Of a stretch of DNA of 64,000 bases, positions 1 through 10,540 are shown one piece after another. Each line of letters opens with the position of its first letter. The first letter of the stretch is position 1. The notes beneath the pieces were generated by a model that made no database searches, was not told where the DNA came from, and saw nothing but the letters and a program-made list of their open reading frames with translations. The translations under genes were made by a program, and so were the position numbers. The stretch is from Clostridium sp. 27_14. GTDB lineage: Bacteria; Bacillota; Clostridia; TANB77; CAG-508. The stretch spans positions 5,819 to 69,818 of the forward strand of contig MNRQ01000020.1 of NCBI GenBank assembly GCA_001916035.1, given 5' to 3'.

Positions 1-539
1 CTTTGATTTCTATAATTATGTCCTACAACACAAAAATTTCCTGTTTCATTCGGATTTGGTCCTGCCAATTTACATGGTGATAATTTTAATAATTCTTCTG
101 TTTCTTTTTCAGAACCTGTTTCCCCTTCTATTATAGGATAATTTAAATTCAATTTTGGTATTTCTATTTTAGCAATTGTATAATAACTATATCCATCTTC
201 AGTAGTTTGCTTTTTGTCCCTTAAAGTTTCATAATTATCTGTACTTTCTAATGACTCAACTTTTAAATCTTCTTGAGCATTATTTAATACTACTGTTAAC
301 ACCTCACTCTGTGCTTTTTTCTTTGTTTTTTCCACTTCTTCTTGAGTTTGATTAATATCAGCTAATATTTGTTCAGATACTTGAGCACTTTTATTTCTCT
401 TATAATCTATATAAAAATATATTGAAACAATTAGAACAATTATAATTAATGACAATATAAAATTAATTTTATACATTTTTTTCTTTTTTTTCAGTTCTGG
501 TGTTACATATAATTTTTCAGTTACTAATATTTGATTCAT
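1..539 (-). CDS. sortase-family transpeptidase, C-terminal part runs off the window
   Basis: Own minus-strand translation from ATG at 539: MNQILVTEKLYVTPELKKKKKMYKINFILSLIIIVLIVSIYFY (N-terminal TM anchor), then ...YYTIAKIEIPKLNLNYPIIEG...GNFCVVGHNYRNQ. This is a sortase-like layout. It is absent from the ORF track because it is open at the window edge. Confidence 0.5.
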   Translation of the reverse strand, partial: MNQILVTEKLYVTPELKKKKKMYKINFILSLIIIVLIVSIYFYIDYKRNKSAQVSEQILADINQTQEEVEKTKKKAQSEVLTVVLNNAQEDLKVESLESTDNYETLRDKKQTTEDGYSYYTIAKIEIPKLNLNYPIIEGETGSEKETEELLKLSPCKLAGPNPNETGNFCVVGHNYRNQ

Positions 540-623
540 TTTCTAACACCATCCCTTCTTATTTTACTTTAACATTTATATTATAACATATTTAACTAAA
601 TTTGAAAATAATTTTTGATTTCA

Positions 624-1136
624 TTATACTAAAATTGAAGAAATATGAAATACCCTTCCACAATCTCCTAACATTTTCTGAGTTTCTTTCAAAATTTTAT
701 GATCATCATCTAATAAAATTAGTTTATTATATGCATTACATTTTTCTTTCATTTTTTCTGCTTTTACTATATCCCTATTTTCCTTAGAATACTCATTTAT
801 TTCCTTTGTAATTATTATCCAGTTGTTTTCTTTTACAAATGGTAGATTTTTTCTTAGCCATTCTTTTTTTTGTTCAGTAATCTTCAATGTTCTTGATAAA
901 GTTAAAATATATATATCAATATTCTCTAATTTATCTAATTGTTTCAATACATTTATTACATAATTCACAGGTTCTACTTTTAAATATTCATCTTCCATCT
1001 TTTTAGAAACACTTTCATCTTGATATACATTATAAACAGCAATAGTTCCATCCATATCCACAAAAATAGCTATTTTTTCATTTTCTTTACTTATTTGTTT
1101 TATTTTTTCCATAAATTTTTGCATACTTAATATCAT
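624..1136 (-). CDS. HAD-superfamily phosphatase, 5'(3')-deoxyribonucleotidase-like
   Basis: HAD motif I is present in KIAIFVDMDGTIA. Size is 170 aa, a small cap-less HAD typical of NT5C-like nucleotidases. Confidence 0.5.
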   Translation of the reverse strand: MILSMQKFMEKIKQISKENEKIAIFVDMDGTIAVYNVYQDESVSKKMEDEYLKVEPVNYVINVLKQLDKLENIDIYILTLSRTLKITEQKKEWLRKNLPFVKENNWIIITKEINEYSKENRDIVKAEKMKEKCNAYNKLILLDDDHKILKETQKMLGDCGRVFHISSILV

Positions 1137-1188
1137 TCCTTTATCATAAATTTAAAGCACAAAAGTTAAAGCTTCTGTGCCTTTTTCC

Positions 1189-1765
1189 CTATTTTTTCAA
1201 AACTTTTAAAATTGTATCATAAACTTTATTATTCATTTCTAATACATTAATTTTATCTGTTCTTATAAGGCCTTTTGTTAATTGGATTCTATCAAAATAC
1301 TCAATAAAAAATTTGTTATATTTCTCTATATAACCTTCATTGACTATTCTTCCTTCACCTCCACGCCTTGTAACCGCAAGTTTGGGTGATACCATTAATC
1401 CTAAAAACAAATCTGGATTAACACCTTCTAAACATTGCTTTTGAAAAGCAGAATATTCTTGTTTTGACACCATTTTTTCTTGATAAAATTTCGCTATCAA
1501 TAATTCCTCTGTCTATTAATACAACATCAGCTGTTGTATAACATGCCTTTAAAATACCAGCTTGTGTAATATAATGCATCCATAAATTTGCATCAAATAT
1601 TCCTTTTGGTATTTCTACTGGCAATTTTCCCGCAGATTCTTCAAGAATAATTGTTTTATATCCATCTCTTTCAAGCATATTTACCACTGCATTAATAGCT
1701 GTAGTCTTTCCTGCTTCTGGTGTTCCAGAAAACTCTACCATAAATGGTTTTTCTGATTTCCGCAT
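1189..1765 (-). CDS. P-loop NTPase/kinase-like protein, split by a +1 frameshift
   Basis: Walker A motif SGTPEAGKTT near the N-terminus, and GGAGGG RBS 8 nt upstream of the ATG. ORFs 1418-1765 and 1189-1500 overlap and read as one protein. A T6/A6 run at 1473-1478 lies in the overlap. Confidence 0.5.
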
Positions 1766-1850
1766 AATTATGCCCTCCTATCAGTTATTTTATACCCCAT
1801 ATTTTTATGTTACAAGTATACTATATAAAATTTAAAATTGCAATATTTTT

Positions 1851-2705
1851 TTAAACTCTATCTGAAATTCGAGCAAAATCTTTCAAACTTAATTCTTCTG
1901 GTCTTACATTTTCTTTTAAACTTAATTCTTTCAATATTTTTTCTCCTTGCTCCTTACTATCTAAAATATTAGTATTTACTAAAGAATTTAATAAAGTCTT
2001 TCTTCTTTGTGTAAAAGCACATTTAATAACTTTAAAAAGCTTCTTATCATCATCTACACATATTGGTGGTTCTTTTCTGATTTTAAATTGAATTACCTCA
2101 GAAGTCACTTCAGGAGCTGGTATAAAATTTTCTGGTAATACTTCCAAAATTTCAAAAGCTTCAGCATAATAATATACACTATAAGTAATTGCACCAGCCT
2201 TTTTAGTCCCTGGTAATGCTGTTAATCTATCCGCAACTTCTTTTTGCACCATTACTGTAATAGTAGTTAAATCCAATTTTTCTTCTAACAATTTCATAAT
2301 TATTGGAGTTGTTATGTAATACGGTAAATTCGCAACAATTTTTGCATTTTTTATACTTTCTTTCTTTTTTTCATTTTGTATTATTAATTCTAAATCAACC
2401 TTTAAAACATCTTCATGAATTATTTCAAAATTATCATATAAAGAAAACCTTTCTTTTAGAATTTTTACCATTCTAGAATCTAGTTCAATACATATAACTT
2501 TTCCAGCCCTTTCCAATAATTCTTTTGTTAAAGTTCCAAGTCCTGGCCCAATCTCTATTACTAAATCGTTTTCAGTTATATCACTACTATCTATTATTTT
2601 ACTAACAGCTTCATCACTTATCAAAAAGTTTTGTCCTAATTTCTTATCTGCTTTTATATTATATTTATTCAATATAAATCTTGTTTCATCTAATATAGTC
2701 GGCAT
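1851..2705 (-). CDS. rsmA: 16S rRNA (adenine1518/1519-N6)-dimethyltransferase
   Basis: LGQNFL motif, SAM-binding IEIGPGLGTLT, NLPYYITTPI motif, 284 aa. Confidence 0.9.
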   Translation of the reverse strand: MPTILDETRFILNKYNIKADKKLGQNFLISDEAVSKIIDSSDITENDLVIEIGPGLGTLTKELLERAGKVICIELDSRMVKILKERFSLYDNFEIIHEDVLKVDLELIIQNEKKKESIKNAKIVANLPYYITTPIIMKLLEEKLDLTTITVMVQKEVADRLTALPGTKKAGAITYSVYYYAEAFEILEVLPENFIPAPEVTSEVIQFKIRKEPPICVDDDKKLFKVIKCAFTQRRKTLLNSLVNTNILDSKEQGEKILKELSLKENVRPEELSLKDFARISDRV

Positions 2706-2773
2706 AAAATTCTTCCCTCCAAAATTTTTAAAAACATTAATTTCTTAAATATTATACCATGCTATAATATTTT

Positions 2774-3127
2774 TTACAATATTTGCTTTATATGATTTAT
2801 CTTGACTTTTCCATATTTTATATATACTTCTATTACATCAAATCTAATATAATCTAATTCATGACATTTTTTATACATATAGTATTTTGCTGTTTGATAC
2901 AGATGTTTTTGTTTAAAATAGTTAACCGCTTCTACAGGCTTACCAAAACTATCACTGCTTCTAGTTTTCACCTCTACAAAAACAATTTCATTATCTTTCC
3001 TTGCTATAATATCAATTTCACCTCTCTTAGTATAAAAATTAGTAGTAATAATTTCATAACCATGTTTTTCCAAATATTCTGCAGCCAACTTTTCTCCTAT
3101 TTTTCCTATTCTATTATTTATTCTCAT
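2774..3127 (-). CDS. YraN-family (UPF0102) endonuclease-like protein
   Basis: GEKLAAEYLEKHGYEIITTNFYTKRGEIDIIARKDNEIVFVEVKTRSS matches the YraN pattern. Start moved to the internal ATG at 3127, which is preceded by AGGAGATGAG. Confidence 0.75.
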   Translation of the reverse strand: MRINNRIGKIGEKLAAEYLEKHGYEIITTNFYTKRGEIDIIARKDNEIVFVEVKTRSSDSFGKPVEAVNYFKQKHLYQTAKYYMYKKCHELDYIRFDVIEVYIKYGKVKINHIKQIL

Positions 3128-3134
3128 TTTAATC

Positions 3135-4178
3135 TCATCTCCTTGCAATATATTTTCTCCCAGGCAGCTCCACAACCCTCTCCTCCAAAGTCAACATCGT
3201 AATTTCATAATTTATTTCTTGAACATCCATATTCGTACACTTCACAAGTTCATCTATATCTATAGGCTTATCATTTATAAAACTATACACCCTATATTCT
3301 ACACCATCAACTTTCTGCTCTATTACATTCTTTTTCTCTACATTCATTTCTCTAAATTTATTATAAAATTGTTCTTCTATATCATCTTCAAATCTCATTT
3401 TAACCTCTCTTCTTTGTTTCACTCTATTTTTTATTTTATCTATAATATCATTTTCAGAAGTTACCATATAACCTCCTTTTTTAATAAGAAGATTTGGCAC
3501 ATACCCTTTTTTACTATCCAAATTACTTGGTATGCAAAATATCGGTAAATTTAATTCAGCCGCAATTTTTGCTGTATTTCTTGTTCCACTCCTATAATCA
3601 CCTTCCACCACTAAAACTCCTTTACTCAATGTAGCTACAATTCTATTTCTTTCAGTAAATTTATAACTATCTGCTTCTACTCTATCAGCATATTCTGTTA
3701 TCACTAATCCTCCATTTTCTACAATTATTTTATATAAATTTTGATTTTCTTTTGGATATATATTTTCTAGGCCACAAGGAAGTACCGCTATAGTCTTTGA
3801 CTTTTCTACCATTGCACCAATATGTGAATAACTATCAATTCCTTTTGCTAAACCACTAATAACAATGATTCCATTTGCACTTAATTTTTTTGAAAAATTT
3901 AATGCCATATATTTTCCATATTCCGTATTTTTTCTTGTACCAACAATAGCAATTTTGGTATTTTCACCTTTTAATAATTCTGTATTTCCAATAACATATA
4001 ATTGTTGTGGTGGTTGTTTTAATCTCTTTAATTCTAATGGATATTCTTTATCTTCAAAATATATTATTTTTCTATCTACTAATTTCAACACTTCCTTTCT
4101 AAGAATATACAAAAGCCATGCTATATTACAAATATTCATTCTAATATCACAACTAAATATATTTATTACAAAATACAT
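3135..4178 (-). CDS. dprA: DNA processing protein DprA/Smf
   Basis: Rossmann-like core IAIVGTRKNTEYGKYMALNFSKKLSANGIIVISGLAKGIDSYSH...GTRNTAKIAAELNLPIFCIP. The exact start is uncertain (4178 or an internal start). Confidence 0.85.
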   Translation of the reverse strand: MYFVINIFSCDIRMNICNIAWLLYILRKEVLKLVDRKIIYFEDKEYPLELKRLKQPPQQLYVIGNTELLKGENTKIAIVGTRKNTEYGKYMALNFSKKLSANGIIVISGLAKGIDSYSHIGAMVEKSKTIAVLPCGLENIYPKENQNLYKIIVENGGLVITEYADRVEADSYKFTERNRIVATLSKGVLVVEGDYRSGTRNTAKIAAELNLPIFCIPSNLDSKKGYVPNLLIKKGGYMVTSENDIIDKIKNRVKQRREVKMRFEDDIEEQFYNKFREMNVEKKNVIEQKVDGVEYRVYSFINDKPIDIDELVKCTNMDVQEINYEITMLTLEERVVELPGRKYIARR

Positions 4179-4191
4179 CTTTTATCTAACA

Positions 4192-5710
4192 CTAATTTAC
4201 AAATCTATATTGAATAGCTTCAGCTATATTTTTTGCTGTAATTTTCATATTCCCTTCTAAATCCGCAATTGTTCTTGCAACTTTAAGAATTCTTGTATAT
4301 GTTCTTGCAGTTAAGCCATAATTTATAAAAGCCTTCTCCATAATCTTATTTCCAACATTATCTAACTTACAATACCTTTCTATTAATTTTGGCGTCAATT
4401 CACTATTATACAAAATATCCATATTTGCATATCTTTCTCTCTGCATTTTTATAGCCTTTTCTACTCTTTCTTTTATTTGTTTTGATGTTTCAATTTTTTC
4501 ATTTTCCTTAAAGTTTTGATACTCTAATGGTTGTATGTTTACATTTATATCTATTCTATCTAATAATGGTCCACTTAGCTTGGACAAATATCTTTTTATA
4601 GATGTTGGACTACATATACAATTTTTTATACTACTTCCATAATACCCACAAGGGCACGGATTCATACTAGCTATCAGCATAAAATTACATGGATATGTTA
4701 AACTAGCCCATAGCCTAGAAATAGTTACTTCTTTATCTTCTAAAGGTCCTCTAAGTGTTTCTAAAGTTTCTTTTCTAAATTCTAATATTTCATCTAAATA
4801 CAAAACACCATAATGTGCTAAACTTATTTCGCCGCGGCTTAGGTATTCTTCCTCCACCCACCATTGACGTTGTTGATATTGTATGATGTGGAGTTCTAAA
4901 TGGTCTAGTTGTTATAATACCTGTATCACTTTTTAAAGTTCCAGCTATACTATGAATTTTGGTTATCTCAAGTGCTTCTTCAAAAGTCAACTTCGGTAAA
5001 ATAGTTGGTAATCTTTTAGCAAGCATTGTCTTACCACCACCCGGACTTCCAGTAAGAATACAATTGTGCCAACCTGCTGCTGCTATTTCTAATGCCCTTT
5101 TTGCATTTTCCTGTCCTTTCACATCACAAAAATCTATTTCGGAAACTTTAAAATTTTCATCTTCAAAGTTTATATTTTTTTTCGTTTCTCCTACTTCTTT
5201 ATTTTGATTTATAAATTCCATTACTTCTATAAGATTTGCTACTGCAACTATTTGCAATCCCTCTATTATAGTTGCCTCTTTTTCATTTTCCTTTGGAACA
5301 AAAACTATTTTTATTTTATTTTTCTTTGCCTCTATACACACAGGTAAGATTCCTGGCACTTTATTTATTTTTCCATCTAATGCCAATTCTCCTATAAATA
5401 TTACTGATTTTGTATTAAAATTTTTTATAGCTCCAATTGCTAATAATATTCCTATTGCAATTGGCAAATCATATCCACTTCCTTCTTTTTTTATATCTGA
5501 TGGTGCTAAATTTATTAATATTTTTCTACTATTTAATTCAACTCCAGAATTTTTTATTGCTGATTTTATTCTCTCTTTAGATTCCCTAACAGCAATATCT
5601 GGTAAACCTACAATTTCAAAATTTGGTAGCCCACCAGTTATATCTGTCTGAACTTCTACTAAATTTCCGTTCAAACCTATTAAAGAAATTGTTTGCACTA
5701 TTGATAACAT
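4192..5710 (-). CDS. comM: Mg-chelatase-like AAA+ competence protein ComM/YifB, split by a +1 frameshift at an in-frame CGG
   Basis: N-terminal Lon-protease-like domain, Walker A ILTGSPGGGKTM, and the conserved GGGRIPKP|GEISLAHYGVLYLDE motif, which is interrupted at 4832-4834. ORFs 4790-5710 and 4192-4857 overlap. Confidence 0.85.
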
Positions 5711-5850
5711 TTTTTGCCTCCTTTTTTCATAAACTTATTGATTTTTACAGTGTTTTATTATACAATACTTTTACATAATTTTCTTACAAAAGAATAATTA
5801 AGGTTAAAATCCAACCAGGTTTATACTTTATGGAAGGAATGATATTAAAT

Positions 5851-8109
5851 ATGAAAAAAAATAAAAAAGATAAATCAAATAAAAAAATACTAAACATAAA
5901 TGAAGAATTTACTTCACAAAACTTTATACACACAAAAAAATTAAAAACTATTTTTCTAATAACTATCATAATCTTTGTACTACTAGTTACTAGACTTGCT
6001 GTAATTCAATTTGTTGATGGAGCATATTTAAAAGAAAAAGCATATTCTCAACAAGCAATAAATCAAATAATCAGCCCCAAAAGAGGAAACATTTATGATT
6101 CTACTGGCAAAACTTTAGCAAGTAGTGCAGCAGTAGACACCATAACAATAAATCCCCAAAAAATAACTGACTCAACTGATGAAAAAACTAACGAACTAAA
6201 AGAAAAAGTAGCCAAAGGATTATCAGACATTTTCGAACTAGATTATAATGAAACATTAGAAAAAGTTAAAAGCAATTCTCAAGTAGAAACAATTGCAAAA
6301 AAAATAGATCAAGACAAAGTAGAAACACTTCAAAAATGGATGAAAGAAAATAAAATATCTGTTGGAATAAATATAGACGAAGACTCAAAACGTTATTATC
6401 CTCATGACACAGTTCTTTCAAATGTCCTTGGTTTCTGTGGTACAGATAACTCTGGAATAGTAGGTTTAGAATCAACCTATAACTCTGTTTTACAAGGTAC
6501 ACCCGGAAAAATTGTAAGTTCAAAAGGTAGTGACCAAGAAGAAATACCAAATGCAGAAGAAAGATATATCTCTGCCGAAAATGGTAGTGACTTAACTTTA
6601 ACAATTGATTATAATATACAAACTATAGTCGAAAAATATCTTTCACAGGCATGTGTCAACTTAAATGCTAAAAGTGGTGGAACATGTATTGCTATGAATC
6701 CAAAAACAGGAAAAATTTTAGCAATGGCTGATTATCCTAACTACAACCTTAATACACCTTTTACTCCAAACAGTAGTATTGCTTCTACTTATGATTCTTT
6801 ATCATCAGAAGATAAAAGTAATGCTTTACACTCAATGTGGAGAAATAAATGCGTATCAGACTTATACGAACCAGGTTCTGTATTTAAACTAATAACAGCA
6901 TCTGTCGCTTTAGAAGAACACATAACAACTCCTGATGTAGAAGGTGACTTTGTTTGTAACGGATATGAACAAGTAGCAGACAAAAAAATTAGTTGTTGGA
7001 GTACAACCCCACATGGTTCACTTTCATTAAGAAAAGCTTTAGAAAAATCTTGTAACCCTGCATTAATGCAATTGGGAAAAAGAATTGGTGTTAAAACTTT
7101 ATATAACTATTACCATGCTTATGGACTATTTGATACAACAGGTAGCAATTTATATGGTGAATCTAATTCTCTATTTACTAAAGAATCAAGTGTAGCAGAT
7201 GTTGAACTTGCTACAATGTCTTTTGGGCAAAGGCTTAATATCACCCCTTTGCAGATGATTACAGCAATCTCAGCGATTGCAAATGATGGAATTTTAATGA
7301 AACCAATGATCGTTGATAAAATCACTAATACAGATACTGGTGCAGTCACATCTATAGAACCAACTCAAGTAAGACAAGTCCTTTCTAAAGAAACTGCAAA
7401 TACAATGAAAGAATTAATGGAATCAGTTGTAGTTGATGGTACAGGTTACCGTGGTGCTGTTACTGGATATTCTGTTGGTGGAAAAACTGGTACATCTGAA
7501 CCACCAGATGGCAAAGAAAGTGAAGGTTATGTTGCATCTTTTGTTGCAATCTCACCTGTTGAAGATACTCAAATTGTTTTACTTGTATGTTTCTATGGTT
7601 TAAACAAAGGTCAACAAGGTGGTCAAGTCGCAGCACCTGTTGCATCTCAAATGTTAACAGAAATCTTACCAATTATGGGAGTACCTTCTGAATCAACAGA
7701 CACAAATTCTTCAGACCTAGTACAAATATCTGATGTCAGAAATAAAACATTTACAGAAGCAGAAAAAGTATTAACTAATGCTGGATTCAAAGTAAAATCT
7801 GTAACCAGTCAAAATAAAAACGAAACTACAGTATCTGACCAAGTTCCAAAACCTGGAGTTTCATTATCAAAAGACTCTATAATAATGCTTTATGATAATA
7901 CAAACACTGCTAGAACTTCTGTTACAGTACCTGACTTAAATTTAAAAACTTCAGCACAAGCACAAAATGCTCTGCACTCATTAAATCTAAATGTTTCAAT
8001 AGATGGAACTGGTACCGTGGTATCTCAAGATCCACCAGCAAATTCAAAAGTAGAAGAAGGAACTGTTGTAAAAATCACATTAAAAAATGGTGCCAAATCT
8101 GCACATTAA
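5851..8109 (+). CDS. class B penicillin-binding protein (FtsI/SpoVD/PBP2B type) with two C-terminal PASTA domains
   Basis: N-terminal TM anchor, a transpeptidase with SVFK (SxxK), the KTGT motif in VGGKTGTSE, and two PASTA-like repeats in the last ~130 aa. Start placed at MKKNKKDK after the GGAAGGAA RBS. Confidence 0.85.
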   Translation: MKKNKKDKSNKKILNINEEFTSQNFIHTKKLKTIFLITIIIFVLLVTRLAVIQFVDGAYLKEKAYSQQAINQIISPKRGNIYDSTGKTLASSAAVDTITINPQKITDSTDEKTNELKEKVAKGLSDIFELDYNETLEKVKSNSQVETIAKKIDQDKVETLQKWMKENKISVGINIDEDSKRYYPHDTVLSNVLGFCGTDNSGIVGLESTYNSVLQGTPGKIVSSKGSDQEEIPNAEERYISAENGSDLTLTIDYNIQTIVEKYLSQACVNLNAKSGGTCIAMNPKTGKILAMADYPNYNLNTPFTPNSSIASTYDSLSSEDKSNALHSMWRNKCVSDLYEPGSVFKLITASVALEEHITTPDVEGDFVCNGYEQVADKKISCWSTTPHGSLSLRKALEKSCNPALMQLGKRIGVKTLYNYYHAYGLFDTTGSNLYGESNSLFTKESSVADVELATMSFGQRLNITPLQMITAISAIANDGILMKPMIVDKITNTDTGAVTSIEPTQVRQVLSKETANTMKELMESVVVDGTGYRGAVTGYSVGGKTGTSEPPDGKESEGYVASFVAISPVEDTQIVLLVCFYGLNKGQQGGQVAAPVASQMLTEILPIMGVPSESTDTNSSDLVQISDVRNKTFTEAEKVLTNAGFKVKSVTSQNKNETTVSDQVPKPGVSLSKDSIIMLYDNTNTARTSVTVPDLNLKTSAQAQNALHSLNLNVSIDGTGTVVSQDPPANSKVEEGTVVKITLKNGAKSAH

Positions 8110-8124
8110 AAATAATACATAGTC

Positions 8125-8165
8125 TAGGAAATTGCATTTCAAGTGCAATTTCCTATATTTTTTAT
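8125..8165 (+). terminator. rho-independent terminator of the PBP gene
   Basis: Hairpin taggaaattgca...tgcaatttccta followed by a T-run. Confidence 0.7.
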
Positions 8166-8198
8166 TCTGTTCTTTTTTATTTTTCTTTTCAATATTTT

Positions 8199-8834
8199 TT
8201 ATATTTTTTCTTTTTTCCAATATTCTTTTACTAATTCATCTAAATATTTTATATAAATATTCTCTTCTTTTATTTTTTCTATTACTTTTGTATCTGTACC
8301 TTTAAAATATGCAATCCATTGCTCTTGTTTTGACATTTTTTTATCATTATTAATTTTAAATTTGTGTAATTCTACGATATGCGTTTCCGCATTTTCTTCA
8401 CTAAAATCTATTGACTTAAACTTATTTAAAAATTCTATTTTATGATACTCCAAAGTTTGATAATACGTAAAATCTAAGATATTAATAGTAATTGTCTTAG
8501 CTATTTTTCTTTGATCTTCATAATAAATTTGATTTGAATGAACAAATAAATAATATAATGCTATCTTTTTCTGAATATGTTTACCATCTACAAATTGTAT
8601 TCCTATGTTAAACTCTTCTCCTTTTTTAGTCATTACTCTAACATCAACTACTCCCATTTTTTGATATGCAGGAATATATTTTTCAAGAATATCTATATAA
8701 CTATTCAGACTTATTTTTTGTATATCTATTTCCAATATACTTTGTATCATGTCTTTTATTATATTTGTATAGTTTTCATTAGATAGTACTTTTTTTAATA
8801 CATAATTTCTATTACAAACTAATTCTTGATTCAT
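8199..8834 (-). CDS. PD-(D/E)XK nuclease-family transposase-like protein (PDDEXK_2/Rpn-like)
   Basis: The pattern ...GVVDVRVMTKKGEEFNIGIQFVD...KKIALYY...TITINILDF resembles the PDDEXK_2 core. The usual acidic residue before Q appears replaced (NIGIQ). Confidence 0.4.
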   Translation of the reverse strand: MNQELVCNRNYVLKKVLSNENYTNIIKDMIQSILEIDIQKISLNSYIDILEKYIPAYQKMGVVDVRVMTKKGEEFNIGIQFVDGKHIQKKIALYYLFVHSNQIYYEDQRKIAKTITINILDFTYYQTLEYHKIEFLNKFKSIDFSEENAETHIVELHKFKINNDKKMSKQEQWIAYFKGTDTKVIEKIKEENIYIKYLDELVKEYWKKEKI

Positions 8835-9107
8835 TATTTTATGCTTATGTACCTCCTCTCTAAAATTATTTTCTTTCTTCTGTTAATGTGGATTTTTTTA
8901 GATTTAAAAATTTGAAATAAAAAATTTGGAATTATAATTCTTAAATTCAGTATAACGAGTCAAAATTTATTTGTCAACCAAATTTACTTTATTTTTTGAC
9001 TTTTCATCGCAATATTCGACATTTTAAGACCTCTATTGTTTTAGTTCACCTTCCATATTTTGGTACTTATGTGTTTATATTGTCTTTCAAGTATCACTTA
9101 AAACAAC

Positions 9108-9256
9108 TAAACAAAAGCAAACATTAATAGTAGCATTTGTACTATTTAAAACATTAAAAATCCGCATTTTTGTTCGTGAGCAAAATTCACAAAACAAATT
9201 TCTGTGCCTTTTTATATTTTATATTATAGGAAAGTTCAAAGAACTTTCCTATAATA
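9108..9256 (+). repeat. multi-hairpin intergenic repeat, diverged full copy (modules 1-2-3)
   Basis: aaacaaaagcaaacattaatag...tccgcatttttgttcg / gagcaaaattcacaaaacaaatttctgtgc / atattataggaaagttcaaagaactttcctataatat. Aligns with the copies at 33381, 44710 and 29165. Confidence 0.8.
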
Positions 9257-9306
9257 TAAAATATAAATCTGGTTGAAAATTAGCTTTTCAACCAGATTTA
9301 CTTCAC

Positions 9307-9573
9307 TTAAACATAAAGCAAATCACATAAATGTGAAATAGCTTTATACTTTTCCTTTGGCAAATAATATTCCATATCAAGCTTTAATTCTGAAAAATCT
9401 GTTTCTGATGGATTAATTCCTTTATCTTCTGCCCATTCATCAAATACCTGCAATATAGTAATTTCTTTTATTGCCATTCTACTAATAGCATATTTAAGAA
9501 ATTCATTAAGATACTGCCATTTTCCAGCTCTTCTTCCATCAATAATTATCTGCCGCATTAATCTTTCGTCCAT
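9307..9573 (-). CDS. hypothetical protein (88 aa)
   Basis: ORF followed by hairpin 9266-9300. No recognisable motif. Contains an in-frame CGG at 9553-9555. Confidence 0.4.
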   Translation of the reverse strand: MDERLMRQIIIDGRRAGKWQYLNEFLKYAISRMAIKEITILQVFDEWAEDKGINPSETDFSELKLDMEYYLPKEKYKAISHLCDLLYV

Positions 9574-9690
9574 TTTTTGTTCCTCTTTTCTTTAGATTTC
9601 TCTTTGAAAATATTCAAAGAGTTATAATATATTTTTTTATTACAAATATATTATAACTCTAAAAATCAAAAATGTCAATTTTTGGTAATA

Positions 9691-10425
9691 CTATTCTGTT
9701 GCAATATAATAACCTACTCCTCTTTTAGTAATTAAAATTTTCGGTGCTGATGTATCTGTCTCAATCTTTTCTCTTATTCTTCTTACAGTAACATCTACAG
9801 TTCTAATATCACCATAATATTCATATCCCCACACTTTTTCAAGTAATATTTCTCTCGTTGTAACTTGACCAGGTTGACTTGCTAAGAATTTTAATACCTC
9901 AAATTCTCTAAGTGTTAAATCAATTACTTTTCCTCTTACCTTCACTTCAAATCTATCTAAATCTAATTCCAAATCACCTACTATTATTTTATTAGCTTTA
10001 GTCTTAGGCTTTTCTGTTTCAGTAATTTCATTTGTTTGTTGATCTAAAGTCACATCTGCTTTTCTAATATTGGCCTTGACTCTAGCAATTAACTCTCTTA
10101 CACTAAATGGTTTTGTGATATAATCATCAGCACCGAGTTCTAATCCTACTATTTTATCAACTTCCTCATCTTTTGCCGTCAATATAACTATTGGTATATT
10201 AACAACACTTTTTACTCTTTGGCATACTGTTAAACCATCCATTTTTGGTAACATTATATCTAGCATTATCAAATTTGGTCTTTCCTTTAAAGCCATTTCT
10301 AATCCTGTTTGCCCATCTTTAGCCTCTATTGTTCTATAACCTTCTTTTAACAAATTAAATTTTAAAACATCTATTATAGCCTGTTCATCATCTACTATTA
10401 AAACTGTTTTTACATCCTTGTTCAT
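9691..10425 (-). CDS. OmpR/PhoB-family response regulator, with no cognate kinase in the window
   Basis: Receiver domain VLIVDDEQ...MLDIMLPKMDG...ILTAKD and a winged-helix C-terminus LTLREFEVLKFL...TVDVTVRRIREKIE...ITKRGVGY. Start set at MNKDVK. Confidence 0.85.
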   Translation of the reverse strand: MNKDVKTVLIVDDEQAIIDVLKFNLLKEGYRTIEAKDGQTGLEMALKERPNLIMLDIMLPKMDGLTVCQRVKSVVNIPIVILTAKDEEVDKIVGLELGADDYITKPFSVRELIARVKANIRKADVTLDQQTNEITETEKPKTKANKIIVGDLELDLDRFEVKVRGKVIDLTLREFEVLKFLASQPGQVTTREILLEKVWGYEYYGDIRTVDVTVRRIREKIETDTSAPKILITKRGVGYYIATE

Positions 10426-10540
10426 ATTTTCCACAAAAACTCCGCCCTTTCGTAGTTTTATTTCAAATATATTTATATCACAATTCTTACATTTACACAA
10501 GTGTTTTTTTGATTTTTAAATCATTTTTAGCCGAAAAATC

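Noticed and set aside
2861-4260. Plus-strand ORFs 2861-3202, 3219-3548 and 3865-4260, and similar ORFs elsewhere (e.g. 17491-18036, 32935-33366, 39962-40462, 45451-45723)
   Set aside because: These are Ile/Leu/Phe/Tyr-rich translations, typical of the antisense strand of AT-rich genes. They lack an RBS and overlap confidently identified minus-strand genes.
4826-4842. GCCGCGGC (SacII-like site) in comM as a sign of engineering or a cloning scar
   Set aside because: It is a single isolated GC-rich octamer with no vector-like flanks. It fits the same CGG-junction pattern seen at four other loci.
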